Assembly (NCBI GenBank): GCA_022821065.1 | Contig: JAJEEK010000057.1 | Location: 1,128-65,127 of the forward strand | Source: Candidatus Poribacteria bacterium | GTDB taxonomy: Bacteria; Poribacteria; WGA-4E; WGA-3G | DNA length: 64,000 nucleotides | Direction of reading: 5' to 3' | Shown here: piece after piece, positions 36,916 through 46,061 of the stretch | Layout: each line of letters starts with the position of its first letter | Position numbering within the stretch: the stretch's first letter is position 1 | The notes under the pieces: generated by a model | Databases searched by the model: none | Told to the model about the DNA's origin: nothing | Seen by the model: the letters and a program-made list of their open reading frames with translations, nothing else | Position numbers and translations under genes: made by a program

Positions 36916-37692
36916 TCATTTCCACGCATAAAACAGTAGAAAACCGAGAAACTGAAGTGCCCCTATAAAAATACCGCACCGGATCCCTGCTATACCGGTG
37001 TGCTGCTCCCTCAGAAAACCGCCGGTTACGCCAAAAAAATATGGACATAACAGAAACGTGAGTAGAAAAGCGAGCGGCACAAAAACTGGAACGGACGCAA
37101 TCTGCGGGATATGATCCACTTGTGCGGAATTCCAGACCCACAGATGTGATGCCCCGAGTGCGTAAATCACGACACTTCCAATCGCAGCACCGATACCTGT
37201 TAGACTTGCTGCCAGTGTCGCAGCACCCATAACACCGAGCCTTGGGGTCTCAGACGCTTGCGCAAAACGGGTCTGGGAAACCGTCGCGAGCCGTTGATAA
37301 CAGTAAGCCGCCAACGTCGCAAACACCACCCAATTCAAGATGATTCCAATTGGCGTGGTTACATTTGCCAAGAAATCTGAACGCAGATAGAAGATAAGGC
37401 GTGCCTTCCGTGAGAAAAGCCAGTCCATCGGAACGTACGTCAGCACCGTTGCTAACCCAAAAATGACACTGCTTGAAAGTAGTGATACGTCTTCATCCGT
37501 CTGCAAGATACAGTAAACAAACAAAACAACTGCGATTAATACGTTCGGATAGAGAATCCAAATAGTCCCAACACGGTTCGCTATTAAAAACGTTAGAAGC
37601 GTCGTACCTGTTACAACGTAAACCGCTCTATCCGTTTTAGCTTGCATACACACTCCAGTTACGTCTCTTTTACTGTTGATTTTCGCTCTCAA
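36916..37692 (-). CDS. Polytopic membrane protein of unknown function. Its start overlaps the ArsA/Get3-like gene by 23 nt.
   Basis: 258-aa ORF with about 7 hydrophobic helices. No family recognised. Confidence 0.5.
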   Translation of the reverse strand: MRAKINSKRDVTGVCMQAKTDRAVYVVTGTTLLTFLIANRVGTIWILYPNVLIAVVLFVYCILQTDEDVSLLSSSVIFGLATVLTYVPMDWLFSRKARLIFYLRSDFLANVTTPIGIILNWVVFATLAAYCYQRLATVSQTRFAQASETPRLGVMGAATLAASLTGIGAAIGSVVIYALGASHLWVWNSAQVDHIPQIASVPVFVPLAFLLTFLLCPYFFGVTGGFLREQHTGIAGIRCGIFIGALQFLGFLLFYAWK

Positions 37693-38863
37693 ACTTAATC
37701 ACAAGTTGGTCTCCAGTTAACTTTGCGCCAGTTGTCTTTTTATTTGAGAGCGTCCTCGGCAATGCGATGTGCTGCTTGAAGCCTCCGACTGTAACTATCA
37801 ATTCATCGCCATGTTTCGTCAATCCGATCTCTTCCTTACTCAGGAACGGCAAACGCATCGACAATTGGTATGCTTCTACTGTCTTTCGGAATTGATACGG
37901 ACGCTCTTCAGCGAACCGATCTGCTGGATCGATGTCGGGATAGAGTGCGTCTGCTAATTGGTGTAGTCCAGATTCCCCGACGATCTCTTCTGCGAAAAGG
38001 TTCACCTTCCAGATCGGCACGTCCGAGAAGTAGTCCATCGCCTCTTTGATATAATGTTGCTGTGTCTGTTTCCAAGCCTCAAAATACGCGACATCAACAC
38101 CATCAGGAAAAATACGATTAATAATCACCGCATCGATACAGAGACCATATAGGCAAAAATACATAAACGCTCGTTGTGTCTCTTTGATTACAATTTTCTC
38201 TGGATTCGTTACCAACCGGACGGTCGTAATTTCGGGGTCCGTCAGAACATTGTCAATCCCTTCGAGTTTATCGAATAGGTCTTGGATATTTTGGAAATAG
38301 TTATCTCGCGGAATAGGAACTGAACTGACTTTCTCAATTATGGGACCGGCGACCTTCGCCAGACCGCGCTCCAATTTGAAGATGTGGTTCATGTACCACT
38401 CCAACGTCGTCGGAATACTGACAAATCGTAGCGACTCACCGGTAGGCGCGCAGTCGAGGATAATCACATCGTAACTGTTTTCTCGAACATACTGGTTGAT
38501 ATAGAGAAGCGCGCAAATCTCTTCCATCCCGGGGAACACCGCGATCTCCTCCGCAACGAGGCTGTCAAGTCCGGAACGGTTCAACAACGAACGGATGTAG
38601 TTGTAAACGTCATCCCAATATTCAACAATGGCTTCTTGGACGTTGATTTCCTGTATCCAGAGATTTTCACTGATTCGGATCTGTTTTTCTTGTTGCTGAT
38701 AGACGAGTTTCTCATGGTTATCAAAAGCGTCTCGGAGTGAATGCGCCACATCCAACGAAATAACGATCGTCTTATAACCGAGTTTAGAAAGTTTGATACC
38801 CGTGGCGGCGGCGATGGTCGTTTTGCCAACTCCACCCTTACCGGTGTAAAGGATAATTCGCAT
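37670..38863 (-). CDS. ArsA/GET3-family P-loop ATPase with a C-terminal HSP20-like (ArsA_HSP20) domain
   Basis: It has the deviant Walker A GKGGVGKTT. The C-terminus is LTKHGDELIVTVGGFKQHIALPRTL..AKLTGDQLVIKFE. I place the start at the ATG at 38863 (MRIILYTGKGG), with GGGGA 8 nt upstream, rather than the ORF-track start at 38929. Confidence 0.8.
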   Translation of the reverse strand: MRIILYTGKGGVGKTTIAAATGIKLSKLGYKTIVISLDVAHSLRDAFDNHEKLVYQQQEKQIRISENLWIQEINVQEAIVEYWDDVYNYIRSLLNRSGLDSLVAEEIAVFPGMEEICALLYINQYVRENSYDVIILDCAPTGESLRFVSIPTTLEWYMNHIFKLERGLAKVAGPIIEKVSSVPIPRDNYFQNIQDLFDKLEGIDNVLTDPEITTVRLVTNPEKIVIKETQRAFMYFCLYGLCIDAVIINRIFPDGVDVAYFEAWKQTQQHYIKEAMDYFSDVPIWKVNLFAEEIVGESGLHQLADALYPDIDPADRFAEERPYQFRKTVEAYQLSMRLPFLSKEEIGLTKHGDELIVTVGGFKQHIALPRTLSNKKTTGAKLTGDQLVIKFESENQQ

Positions 38864-38961
38864 GTCTGATCCCCATAAGTCAGAGTTTGTATTGCACGCT
38901 TTATAGTATAACACAAAAGAAACCGGCATGCAAGGAAGTGTTGAAAAAGAAAAATAACCAC

Positions 38962-38990
38962 TTGCATTAAAAAGGGAAACAGGGTATAAT
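38962..38990 (+). promoter_or_regulatory. Sigma-70-like promoter (TTGCAT-17-TATAAT) of the thiamine locus
   Basis: The -35 box lies at 38962-38967 and the -10 box at 38985-38990, with a 17-nt spacer. It sits just upstream of the TPP aptamer. Confidence 0.55.
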
Positions 38991-39004
38991 AGTTTTGTAA
39001 AACA

Positions 39005-39085
39005 TTGTGGGGTGCTCTTATGTGTTTAAGAGCTGAGAAAACACCCATTGAACCTGATCTGGGTCATGCCAGCGTAGGGAAATAG
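39005..39085 (+). promoter_or_regulatory. TPP (THI-box) riboswitch aptamer
   Basis: GGGGTGC..GCTGAGA..ACCC..TGAACCTGATCTGGGTCATGCCAGCGTAGGGAA matches the THI element consensus. It lies upstream of thiamine genes. Confidence 0.85.
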
Positions 39086-39092
39086 CAAGAAT

Positions 39093-39206
39093 GGCTGTCA
39101 GTCATCAGCAGTCAGTTATCAGTTAACTTTTTGTAGCGGTTAGAAATTGTGTAACTGCTACAGCACACCTCTTTAACTGAAAACTGAAAACCGATAACTG
39201 ATAACC
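39093..39206. repeat. Heptamer-armed hairpin element (family 3, copy d), between the TPP aptamer and its terminator
   Basis: The left arm is a series of CAG-containing 7-mers (..CAGTTATCAGTTAAC). The inner hairpin pairs TGTAGCGGTTA with TAACTGCTACA. The core is CCTCTTTAACTG. The right arm is AACTGAA AACTGAA AACCGAT AACTGAT AACC. Confidence 0.65.
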
Positions 39207-39213
39207 AATAAAG

Positions 39214-39257
39214 CCGTTTCCTTTTGGCTATACCCAAAACGGAAGACGGTTTTTTTC
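39214..39257 (+). terminator. Intrinsic terminator / riboswitch expression platform
   Basis: The imperfect stem pairs CCGTTTCCTTTTGG with CCAAAACGGAAGACGG. It is followed by T7 at 39250-39256, 19 nt before the ATG at 39276. Confidence 0.55.
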
Positions 39258-39275
39258 TTTAAGGAACGTGGACGT

Positions 39276-40028
39276 ATGCTCAGTAAATTCGCGGTACCTA
39301 TAGCGATCCTATTAACAGTTTTAGGGATGTGGGAAATCAGCGTGCATGTTTTCGATATACCTCGCTACATTCTACCGCCGCCCTCGAAAATTGTGGCAAC
39401 ACTGTTTGTCGAACGCGAACAATTACTGAAACACACGCTTGTAACCTTAGAAGAGATGCTCCTCGGATTCGTCCTTGCGTTGAGCATCGGTATCCCGTTA
39501 GCGGTGCTGATGTTTGAGTTCCCTGTGCTGGAGAAAGCCTTCTATCCGTATGTCATCGGATCACAAACGGTACCGGTGTTTGCGATCGCGCCGCTGTTAG
39601 TGCTGTGGTTCGGTTTCGGGATCGCCTCGAAAGTGGTTATGGCAGCACTGATCGTATTTTTCGCGATTGTCCTGAATACATTAGACGGATTAAAGTCCAC
39701 CGATCCTGACACAGTAAATCTGTTCCGGATTCTTCGGGCAACTCGGTGGCAGATTCTCTGGAAAGTTCGCATCCCGTCAGCACTGCCATTTATTTTTTCA
39801 GGTGCGAAGATAGGCATATCAATCTCGACAATCGGAGCGGTTATCGGCGAATGGGTCGGTGCAAAAGCAGGACTGGGATACCTGATGTTGTACGCGAATG
39901 GACAACTCCAAGTTTCATTGGTATTTGCTGCTATATTCTGTTTAACACTTTTAGGTTTAAGTCTCTTTGGACTGATGACGCTGTTGGAACGGTACGTAAT
40001 GCCGTGGCGGTATCAGGGAAATTATTAG
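39276..40028 (+). CDS. ABC transporter permease, NitT/TauT family (ThiX-like)
   Basis: 250-aa ORF with six hydrophobic helices and an EAA-like loop. It is under the TPP riboswitch and next to an NMT1/THI5-like binding protein. Confidence 0.8.
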   Translation: MLSKFAVPIAILLTVLGMWEISVHVFDIPRYILPPPSKIVATLFVEREQLLKHTLVTLEEMLLGFVLALSIGIPLAVLMFEFPVLEKAFYPYVIGSQTVPVFAIAPLLVLWFGFGIASKVVMAALIVFFAIVLNTLDGLKSTDPDTVNLFRILRATRWQILWKVRIPSALPFIFSGAKIGISISTIGAVIGEWVGAKAGLGYLMLYANGQLQVSLVFAAIFCLTLLGLSLFGLMTLLERYVMPWRYQGNY

Positions 40029-40067
40029 TCGTCCTCACCCCTATAGGGAATTAGGAAGGAAAATCTC

Positions 40068-41057
40068 ATGAAAATAGCAATTTGCTTAATGTTTCTCATT
40101 AGTTGTGGTATACTTTTAACTGGACATATTGACAGCAACGCGGACAGCCATCAGAAGGTTTCCGAAACGGAAAAGGTTACGTTGCTTCTCGACTGGGCAC
40201 CGAACATAGATCATGCGCCGCTTTATGTTGCGCAAGAGCATAAGATCTTTGCCAAACGCGGGTTGGAAGTCGAACTCCTCTGGGGTGGCGATCCAGACGC
40301 GCCACTCAAATTGGTGGCGGCAGAGAAATATCCGTTCGCTGTGAGTTACCAACAGAGCGTGACGATTGCGCGGGCGAGTGAAGAGGTCTTGCCGGTTAAA
40401 TCGATCGGCTTACTTGTAGAGCATCCGCTTAATACGATTAGTTTCCTGAAGAAGACCGGCATTAAAACACCCGCAGATTTCAAAGGGAAAAAGATTGGAT
40501 ACACAGTCGCGCCGTTAGATGTCCTTCTGTTTAACGCCATCGCGGCGAATGCGGGGTTGTCCGAAGACGACTACGAACTGATAAACGTCGGTACAAATAT
40601 CGTGGCACCGATGCTAAGCGGTCAAATTGATGCTGTCATCGGACCCTTTCGGAATTACGAGATTAACTTGTTGAAACTCGAAGGCGCAGAAGCCGGTTAT
40701 TTCGCACTTGAGAAACACGGTATCCCAGATTATTATGAATTAGTAATTATTACGAATGATGCTTATTTGGAAAACCATCCAGAAACCGCTAAAAGATTGA
40801 TGATGGCGATTCAGGAAGCAATTAAATTTACGAAGGAAAAGCCTGATGAGGCACTTCAACTCTTTTTTCAGGCGAACCCTGATGCCAGCAAAGAATTAGA
40901 AACGTTGGCGTTTCGAGATACACTTGATGTATTCGCGACGACACAGGTGCAATCCGTGGAAAAATGGGATGCCTTCGCAAAGTTCGCTTATGAAAAAGGG
41001 TTAATCTCCAAAACCGTTGATGCTAAAGACTGTTTTGTCAATATTTTAGAAGAATAA
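40068..41057 (+). CDS. ABC transporter substrate-binding protein, NMT1/THI5-like (ThiY-like; probably binds a pyrimidine precursor)
   Basis: 329-aa ORF with a signal peptide. LLLDWAPNIDHAPLYVAQEHKIFAKRGLEVEL is typical of the NMT1/THI5 family. Confidence 0.75.
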   Translation: MKIAICLMFLISCGILLTGHIDSNADSHQKVSETEKVTLLLDWAPNIDHAPLYVAQEHKIFAKRGLEVELLWGGDPDAPLKLVAAEKYPFAVSYQQSVTIARASEEVLPVKSIGLLVEHPLNTISFLKKTGIKTPADFKGKKIGYTVAPLDVLLFNAIAANAGLSEDDYELINVGTNIVAPMLSGQIDAVIGPFRNYEINLLKLEGAEAGYFALEKHGIPDYYELVIITNDAYLENHPETAKRLMMAIQEAIKFTKEKPDEALQLFFQANPDASKELETLAFRDTLDVFATTQVQSVEKWDAFAKFAYEKGLISKTVDAKDCFVNILEE

Positions 41058-41075
41058 CTGTTTTCCTTTGAATTA

Positions 41076-42212
41076 ATGACACACAAGAAGGTTATTATTA
41101 TCGGTGGCGGCGTGATTGGACTCGGTATCGGGTGGCAGCTGGCGAAAGCGGGTGCCGCTGTCACCATTTACGATCAATCAGAAGTCGGACGCGCTGCCTC
41201 TTGGGCAGCCGCCGGTATGCTTGCCCCACTCGCTGAGGCACATAGCGAAGAACCGGAACTCCTCAAACTCGGCTGCCAGAGTTTAGAACGTTATTCGCAA
41301 TGGGTTACCGACTTAGAGGCAGACACGCAGATGTCTGTCGGTTACCGGGTGGAAGGTACACTTATTGTCGGGTTAGAGCCTGACGACACACACCAACTTC
41401 GCCACCTCTACGACGCACAACGGAATTTACAACTCGATGTGAACTGGTTGACAGGACGGGAGGCGCGCGATATTGAATCGGCACTCTCGCCCCGTGTGAC
41501 GGCAGCGATTCACTGTGCAAGCGATTATCAAGTTGATAATCGGCTTATGGTCACCGCATTGCAACGCGCCTATCAGCAGCACGGGGGCGTGGTACGTGGA
41601 AATAGTGTTGTTGAAAGGGTTGTTATTGAAGACGGTATCGCAATTGGTGTTCAGACGCGGGACGGTTTCCAAAACGCTGACACTGTTATTCTTTCAGCGG
41701 GATGTTGGTCTGCGGAGATGGCAGGGATTCCAGAGGCGATTATCCCTCCCGTGCGTCCTGTGAAAGGGCAGATGCTGGCACTGCAGATGGAAGAAGGCAT
41801 CGTTATCAATTCGGTGATCCGGACTGTCAGGGCCCGGTATCCGACATCGGTGTATCTGGTCCCGAGAACGGATGGCAGACTGATCGTTGGCGCGACGAGT
41901 GAAGAGATGGGGTTTGATACACGTTTAACGGTTGGTGGTGTGTTTGAATTGCTCCGCGGAGCATGGGAAGCGGTGCCGGGTGTCTATGAATTGCCGATCC
42001 TCGAAACATGGGCAGGCTTACGTCCGGGCAGCAGAGACAACGCGCCGATACTCGGCAAAACAACCGTTGAGAACCTGATATACGCAACAGGTCACTATCG
42101 CAACGGTATCTTACTCACACCGATTACGGCTTATGAGATCGCCAAACTAGTTCTGACCGGTGAAACGTCAGAGATAATTCTTCCATTTCAATTAGATAGA
42201 TTTTTAAAGTAG
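41076..42212 (+). CDS. thiO: Glycine oxidase ThiO (FAD-dependent)
   Basis: It has the VIIIGGGVIGLGIGWQLA dinucleotide fold. Length and position upstream of thiS-thiG fit ThiO. Confidence 0.8.
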   Translation: MTHKKVIIIGGGVIGLGIGWQLAKAGAAVTIYDQSEVGRAASWAAAGMLAPLAEAHSEEPELLKLGCQSLERYSQWVTDLEADTQMSVGYRVEGTLIVGLEPDDTHQLRHLYDAQRNLQLDVNWLTGREARDIESALSPRVTAAIHCASDYQVDNRLMVTALQRAYQQHGGVVRGNSVVERVVIEDGIAIGVQTRDGFQNADTVILSAGCWSAEMAGIPEAIIPPVRPVKGQMLALQMEEGIVINSVIRTVRARYPTSVYLVPRTDGRLIVGATSEEMGFDTRLTVGGVFELLRGAWEAVPGVYELPILETWAGLRPGSRDNAPILGKTTVENLIYATGHYRNGILLTPITAYEIAKLVLTGETSEIILPFQLDRFLK

Positions 42213-42229
42213 TAGACACACTTAAAAAA

Positions 42230-42436
42230 ATGAAAATACGCGTGAATGGCGAAGAGAAAGAGGTTCGCCTCAATATAAATGTTTACGATCTGCTCATCGC
42301 TTTAGAATTGGACCCGGTGCAGGCAGGCATCGCTGTCGCTGTGGGCCGGGAGGTTATTCCGAAAGCGAAGTGGCAAGCCACGGAACTTCGCGAGAATAGC
42401 GAAGTCGAGATCATCCGTGCTGTTCAAGGCGGTTAG
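42230..42436 (+). CDS. thiS: Sulfur carrier protein ThiS
   Basis: 68-aa ORF ending in ..VQGG, located between thiO and thiG. Confidence 0.9.
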   Translation: MKIRVNGEEKEVRLNINVYDLLIALELDPVQAGIAVAVGREVIPKAKWQATELRENSEVEIIRAVQGG

Positions 42437-42530
42437 TGGGTTGTATGACCTTGGAAAGCGCTTGATAAATACGCTTGTAACCTGCTATACTACTTGAAAA
42501 GTCCGAGGGTAGATTTGTAGGCAGAAGACT

Positions 42531-42695
42531 ATGAAAAGCCAAGAGATTCGTCGGGTTCAACAAGCAAATAGTTTTCAGAGAGCCTTAGATCGATTAAACG
42601 CAGCTGTCAAACTTTCGGAAAAACCGGAACTCTCAGACTTAGAGGCACAAGGTTTGAATACACGCAAAAAACAGGACTTTCAATTCGCAGGATAA
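42531..42695 (+). pseudogene. 54-codon remnant resembling the N-terminus of an HI0074/HepT-family nucleotidyltransferase-substrate-binding protein
   Basis: MKSQEIRRVQQANSFQRALDRLNAAVKLSEKPELSDLEAQGL... resembles the family N-terminal pattern (DIRW.QRF.N..KAL..L..AV.L....ELS.LE.QGLIQ.FE) as recalled from memory. It then diverges and stops. It falls below the ORF-track cut-off. Confidence 0.35.
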
Positions 42696-42731
42696 ACATT
42701 TACAAACACTGGAAAACCTACAGCAAAAAAC

Positions 42732-43502
42732 ATGCAAGCATTTAAAATCGCAGATCAAACTTATACATCAAGACTGCTAATCGGAACGGCGGGGTACCCG
42801 AATTTCCATATCATGTCGGAGTCCATCGCTGCAAGCGGTGCCGAAATTGCAACGGTATCAATGCGGCGTGTGAAATGGACAGACACCTCCGGCGAAAACC
42901 TATTCGCGCTCCTTCGCGAACGCGGCATGACAATCCTGCCGAATACGGCTGGCTGTTTCACAGCGAAGGACGCGATTCTGACTGCGAACCTCGCACGCGA
43001 AGCACTTGAGACAGTGCTTATTAAACTCGAAGTCATTGGCGACGATCAGACTTTGTTCCCTGACGTGGAGCAGCTGCTCAGTGCGGCGGAAACACTTGTG
43101 AAAGACGGTTTCACTGTGCTGCCATATTGTAACGACGATCCGATTACCTGTAAAAAATTAGAAGACCTCGGTTGTGCAGCGGTGATGCCACTCGGTGCAC
43201 CAATCGGTTCCGGGATGGGAATCCGTAATCCGTATAACATTCAGATTATCCGCGATCTTGTGCAGGTACCGCTCATCGTGGATGCCGGGGTCGGGACGGC
43301 ATCAGACGCAGCGATTGCGATGGAGTTAGGATGTGATGGTGTTTTGCTCAATACTGCCGTTGCGAAGGCACACCGTCCTGTGCTGATGGCGGAGGCGATG
43401 AAGAAAGCGGTCGAAGCCGGTAGAGCAGCATTTTTAGCAGGACGTATCCCTCGGAAACTCTACGCAACCGCCTCAAGTCCACAAACAGGGATGATTGAAT
43501 GA
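42732..43502 (+). CDS. thiG: Thiazole synthase ThiG
   Basis: 256-aa ORF with highly typical ThiG sequence ([10 protein letters not shown].., [20 protein letters not shown]). Confidence 0.95.
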   Translation: MQAFKIADQTYTSRLLIGTAGYPNFHIMSESIAASGAEIATVSMRRVKWTDTSGENLFALLRERGMTILPNTAGCFTAKDAILTANLAREALETVLIKLEVIGDDQTLFPDVEQLLSAAETLVKDGFTVLPYCNDDPITCKKLEDLGCAAVMPLGAPIGSGMGIRNPYNIQIIRDLVQVPLIVDAGVGTASDAAIAMELGCDGVLLNTAVAKAHRPVLMAEAMKKAVEAGRAAFLAGRIPRKLYATASSPQTGMIE

Positions 43503-44704
43503 AAAAAGCAGCTTTCTCTTTAGGATTATGTTTACTCATCTTTATACACCTGAGCGTGAGTTCCCTCTACGCGCAACTGCAGACCGAATTCGGTCAGAGC
43601 CTCCTCGAAAGGGAACCGGAAACGTCCCAAACAGAACCGGCAGAGATAACCGTTAATGCGCACATCTCTAATACGTTCAACAATCACATTGAACTCGGTT
43701 TGAGCGTCGATCCGTATACCAGTAGCCTCGCTGGACAAGACGATCCGCAACTTTCAGGTTTGATTCACCGCTTCGGTGTCAACCTGATCGGCGATTTACC
43801 GGTTGTCGATAAACTCCGATTCAAACTACAATATACACCACAAATCGAAAACTACAGCGGTGCCGAAGGGAAACTCAGTGAGTTCAACGCGTTCAGCAAT
43901 GCGTTAGCAACTGAGCTTAGTTTCCAGCCGATAGCGAATCTACCGCCTCTTATTGCCGCATATCAGGTGCAACGTCTCCTTCGTACCTCAAATGTCTACA
44001 ACAACATGGAGCAGCAGTTCGGTTTCCGGTTTGGACGTGTGCTGGAATATAATTTTCGCCGACACCGGTTTGACGACGCAGAAACACGTAGAGAGGACTT
44101 CCTACTCATCGGCTCCAATACCCATAATATGACAGCGCGCCTGCAGTTCGGAATCCTTAAAAAGATGCTCGGTAAACTGGAATACGGGTTAGAACACAGC
44201 AGTTACGAGACGAATTTAAACAACCTTATCTTAGGTGTGACAGGACTTGAGGATAACGAACGCCGAAACGATTTACGACATATCGGTTCTGCGAAACTGA
44301 TATTAGTCTCAACCGAGCAACTCATGTTTCAACAAGAGGTTAACCTATTTCTGAACCGTTCCAACGTCGATTTCTTTAAATTCGTTAGTAGCGAAGTCGC
44401 GGCGAATGCCTTTTACAGAATTGAGACGGGCCGGTGGATCAGATTTCGGCTCTCCGGAGTGTGGATAGACTTTGATGGCAGACAGATTCTGAACGAGATG
44501 GGTATTATTACGGAAGATGCCCCAATTCGTAGCGATAATCAAATAGGTGCTAACCTCCAACTGAATTGGGAATTCAATCAGTATCTAACACTCAACGCCG
44601 ATTATCAGATCACCCAAAATCGTACGAACGAAATGGATCCGTTCCTCGATTTCCTGAACTACACACACACCATCGCGACCGTCACGCTCCGTGGAAAATA
44701 TTAA
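43499..44704 (+). CDS. Putative outer-membrane beta-barrel protein
   Basis: 401-aa ORF with a signal peptide, alternating beta-strand-like pattern and a C-terminal ..VTLRGKY. Its start overlaps the thiG stop (ATGA). Confidence 0.5.
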   Translation: MKKAAFSLGLCLLIFIHLSVSSLYAQLQTEFGQSLLEREPETSQTEPAEITVNAHISNTFNNHIELGLSVDPYTSSLAGQDDPQLSGLIHRFGVNLIGDLPVVDKLRFKLQYTPQIENYSGAEGKLSEFNAFSNALATELSFQPIANLPPLIAAYQVQRLLRTSNVYNNMEQQFGFRFGRVLEYNFRRHRFDDAETRREDFLLIGSNTHNMTARLQFGILKKMLGKLEYGLEHSSYETNLNNLILGVTGLEDNERRNDLRHIGSAKLILVSTEQLMFQQEVNLFLNRSNVDFFKFVSSEVAANAFYRIETGRWIRFRLSGVWIDFDGRQILNEMGIITEDAPIRSDNQIGANLQLNWEFNQYLTLNADYQITQNRTNEMDPFLDFLNYTHTIATVTLRGKY

Positions 44705-44726
44705 AGTCATGTTAGGAGAACATTTC

Positions 44727-46061
44727 ATGACCATCGAACAGGTCAAACACTTAGTAGAAGAGAGTGGTATTGAATTTTTTCTTTGCTCTTTCGTCGAGAT
44801 GAGCGGTGCACCAAAGGCAAAGGTTATTCCATCTACACACCTTGACGACATGGCAGAAGAGGGGGCGGGTTTCGGTGGCTTTGCTGCAGGCGAGATCGGG
44901 CAGTCCCCTCACGATCCGGAGATGGCGAGCATCCCTGACTTTAACTCGTTGACAATCGTGCCGTGGCGCAAAGATATCGCGTGGGTAGCAGGTGATATGT
45001 ACGTTGAAGGTAAAGCCTGGCATTACTGTCCGAGAACAATTCTGCGGCGGCAATTAGCGGCTGCAAAGGCGAAAGGCTATATTTTTAATGTCGGCATTGA
45101 AGCAGAATTCATGCTACTAAAACAGGATGAATCGGGTGCCTACGCGCCGTGGGATAAACTCGACACCCTGGATAAGCCGTGCTACGATCTACGAGCGTTG
45201 CATCGTAACCTCGATATGATGACGACTTTGATCAAATACATGCAAGAATTGGGGTGGGAGCCGTACGCAAATGACCACGAAGATGGAACATGTCAATTTG
45301 AGACGAACTGGACCTATTCGGACGCGCTCACGACAGCTGACCGACACACCTTCTTTAAGTGGATGGTCAAGACGCTTGCTGAAGAACGCGGATTGCTGGC
45401 AACCTTTATGCCAAAACCGTTCACGAATCTAACAGGGAACGGTGCACATTTCCACATGAGCCTCTGGGATGCGGAAAATCAGACGAATCTGTTTCTGGAT
45501 GAGACGAATCAGAACGGACTTTCTCAACTCGCTTATTGGTTCACAGGAGGCATCCTCAAACACGCCGAGGCAGTCACGGCGGTCACGAACCCGCTTGTGA
45601 ATAGTTACAAACGTTTGGTTCGTAGGCCACCGCGTTCAGGTTCACCTTGGGCACCGGTTTATGTTACCTACGGTGCAAACAATCGGACACAGATGATTCG
45701 GATTCCTGCCCCCGGACGCATCGAAAACCGCTTGGGGGACGGTGCGGCGAACCCTTACCTCGCTGCGACAGTTCTCCTTGCAGCCGGACTGGACGGCATC
45801 GAAAACCAAATCGATCCCGGCGTGCAAAACGAGGATAACCTTTATGAAGTGCCAGAAGATGAACTCCAACGGCGTGGGATTTATTCTTTACCGGCGACGC
45901 TCGGCGAAGCAACAGACGCGCTCGAACAAGATGCAGTCATCAAGGACGCACTCGGCACAACTTATGCTGACTATTACATCCAAGTGAAACGCGAGGAATG
46001 GCGCGACTATCATTTGAGTGTCAGTGAGTGGGAGACTGACAATTATTTGGAGGTTTATTAA
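44727..46061 (+). CDS. Glutamine synthetase family protein (type I-like)
   Basis: GS catalytic-domain motifs are present (EAEFMLL, NGAHFHMSLW, NSYKRLV). I chose the start ATG at 44727 because AGGAGA lies 7 nt upstream. The ORF-track start at 44691 overlaps the previous gene. Confidence 0.8.
   Translation: MTIEQVKHLVEESGIEFFLCSFVEMSGAPKAKVIPSTHLDDMAEEGAGFGGFAAGEIGQSPHDPEMASIPDFNSLTIVPWRKDIAWVAGDMYVEGKAWHYCPRTILRRQLAAAKAKGYIFNVGIEAEFMLLKQDESGAYAPWDKLDTLDKPCYDLRALHRNLDMMTTLIKYMQELGWEPYANDHEDGTCQFETNWTYSDALTTADRHTFFKWMVKTLAEERGLLATFMPKPFTNLTGNGAHFHMSLWDAENQTNLFLDETNQNGLSQLAYWFTGGILKHAEAVTAVTNPLVNSYKRLVRRPPRSGSPWAPVYVTYGANNRTQMIRIPAPGRIENRLGDGAANPYLAATVLLAAGLDGIENQIDPGVQNEDNLYEVPEDELQRRGIYSLPATLGEATDALEQDAVIKDALGTTYADYYIQVKREEWRDYHLSVSEWETDNYLEVY

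Noticed and set aside
38930-39275. The gene-strand switch (minus-strand genes to the left, plus-strand genes to the right) could mark a replication origin.
   Set aside because: I found no cluster of DnaA-box-like 9-mers (TTATCCACA type), no dnaA/dnaN/gidA-type genes and no AT-rich unwinding region. The interval is fully accounted for by a promoter, the TPP riboswitch, a repeat element and a terminator. Gene orientation also flips back at 52.9 kb.
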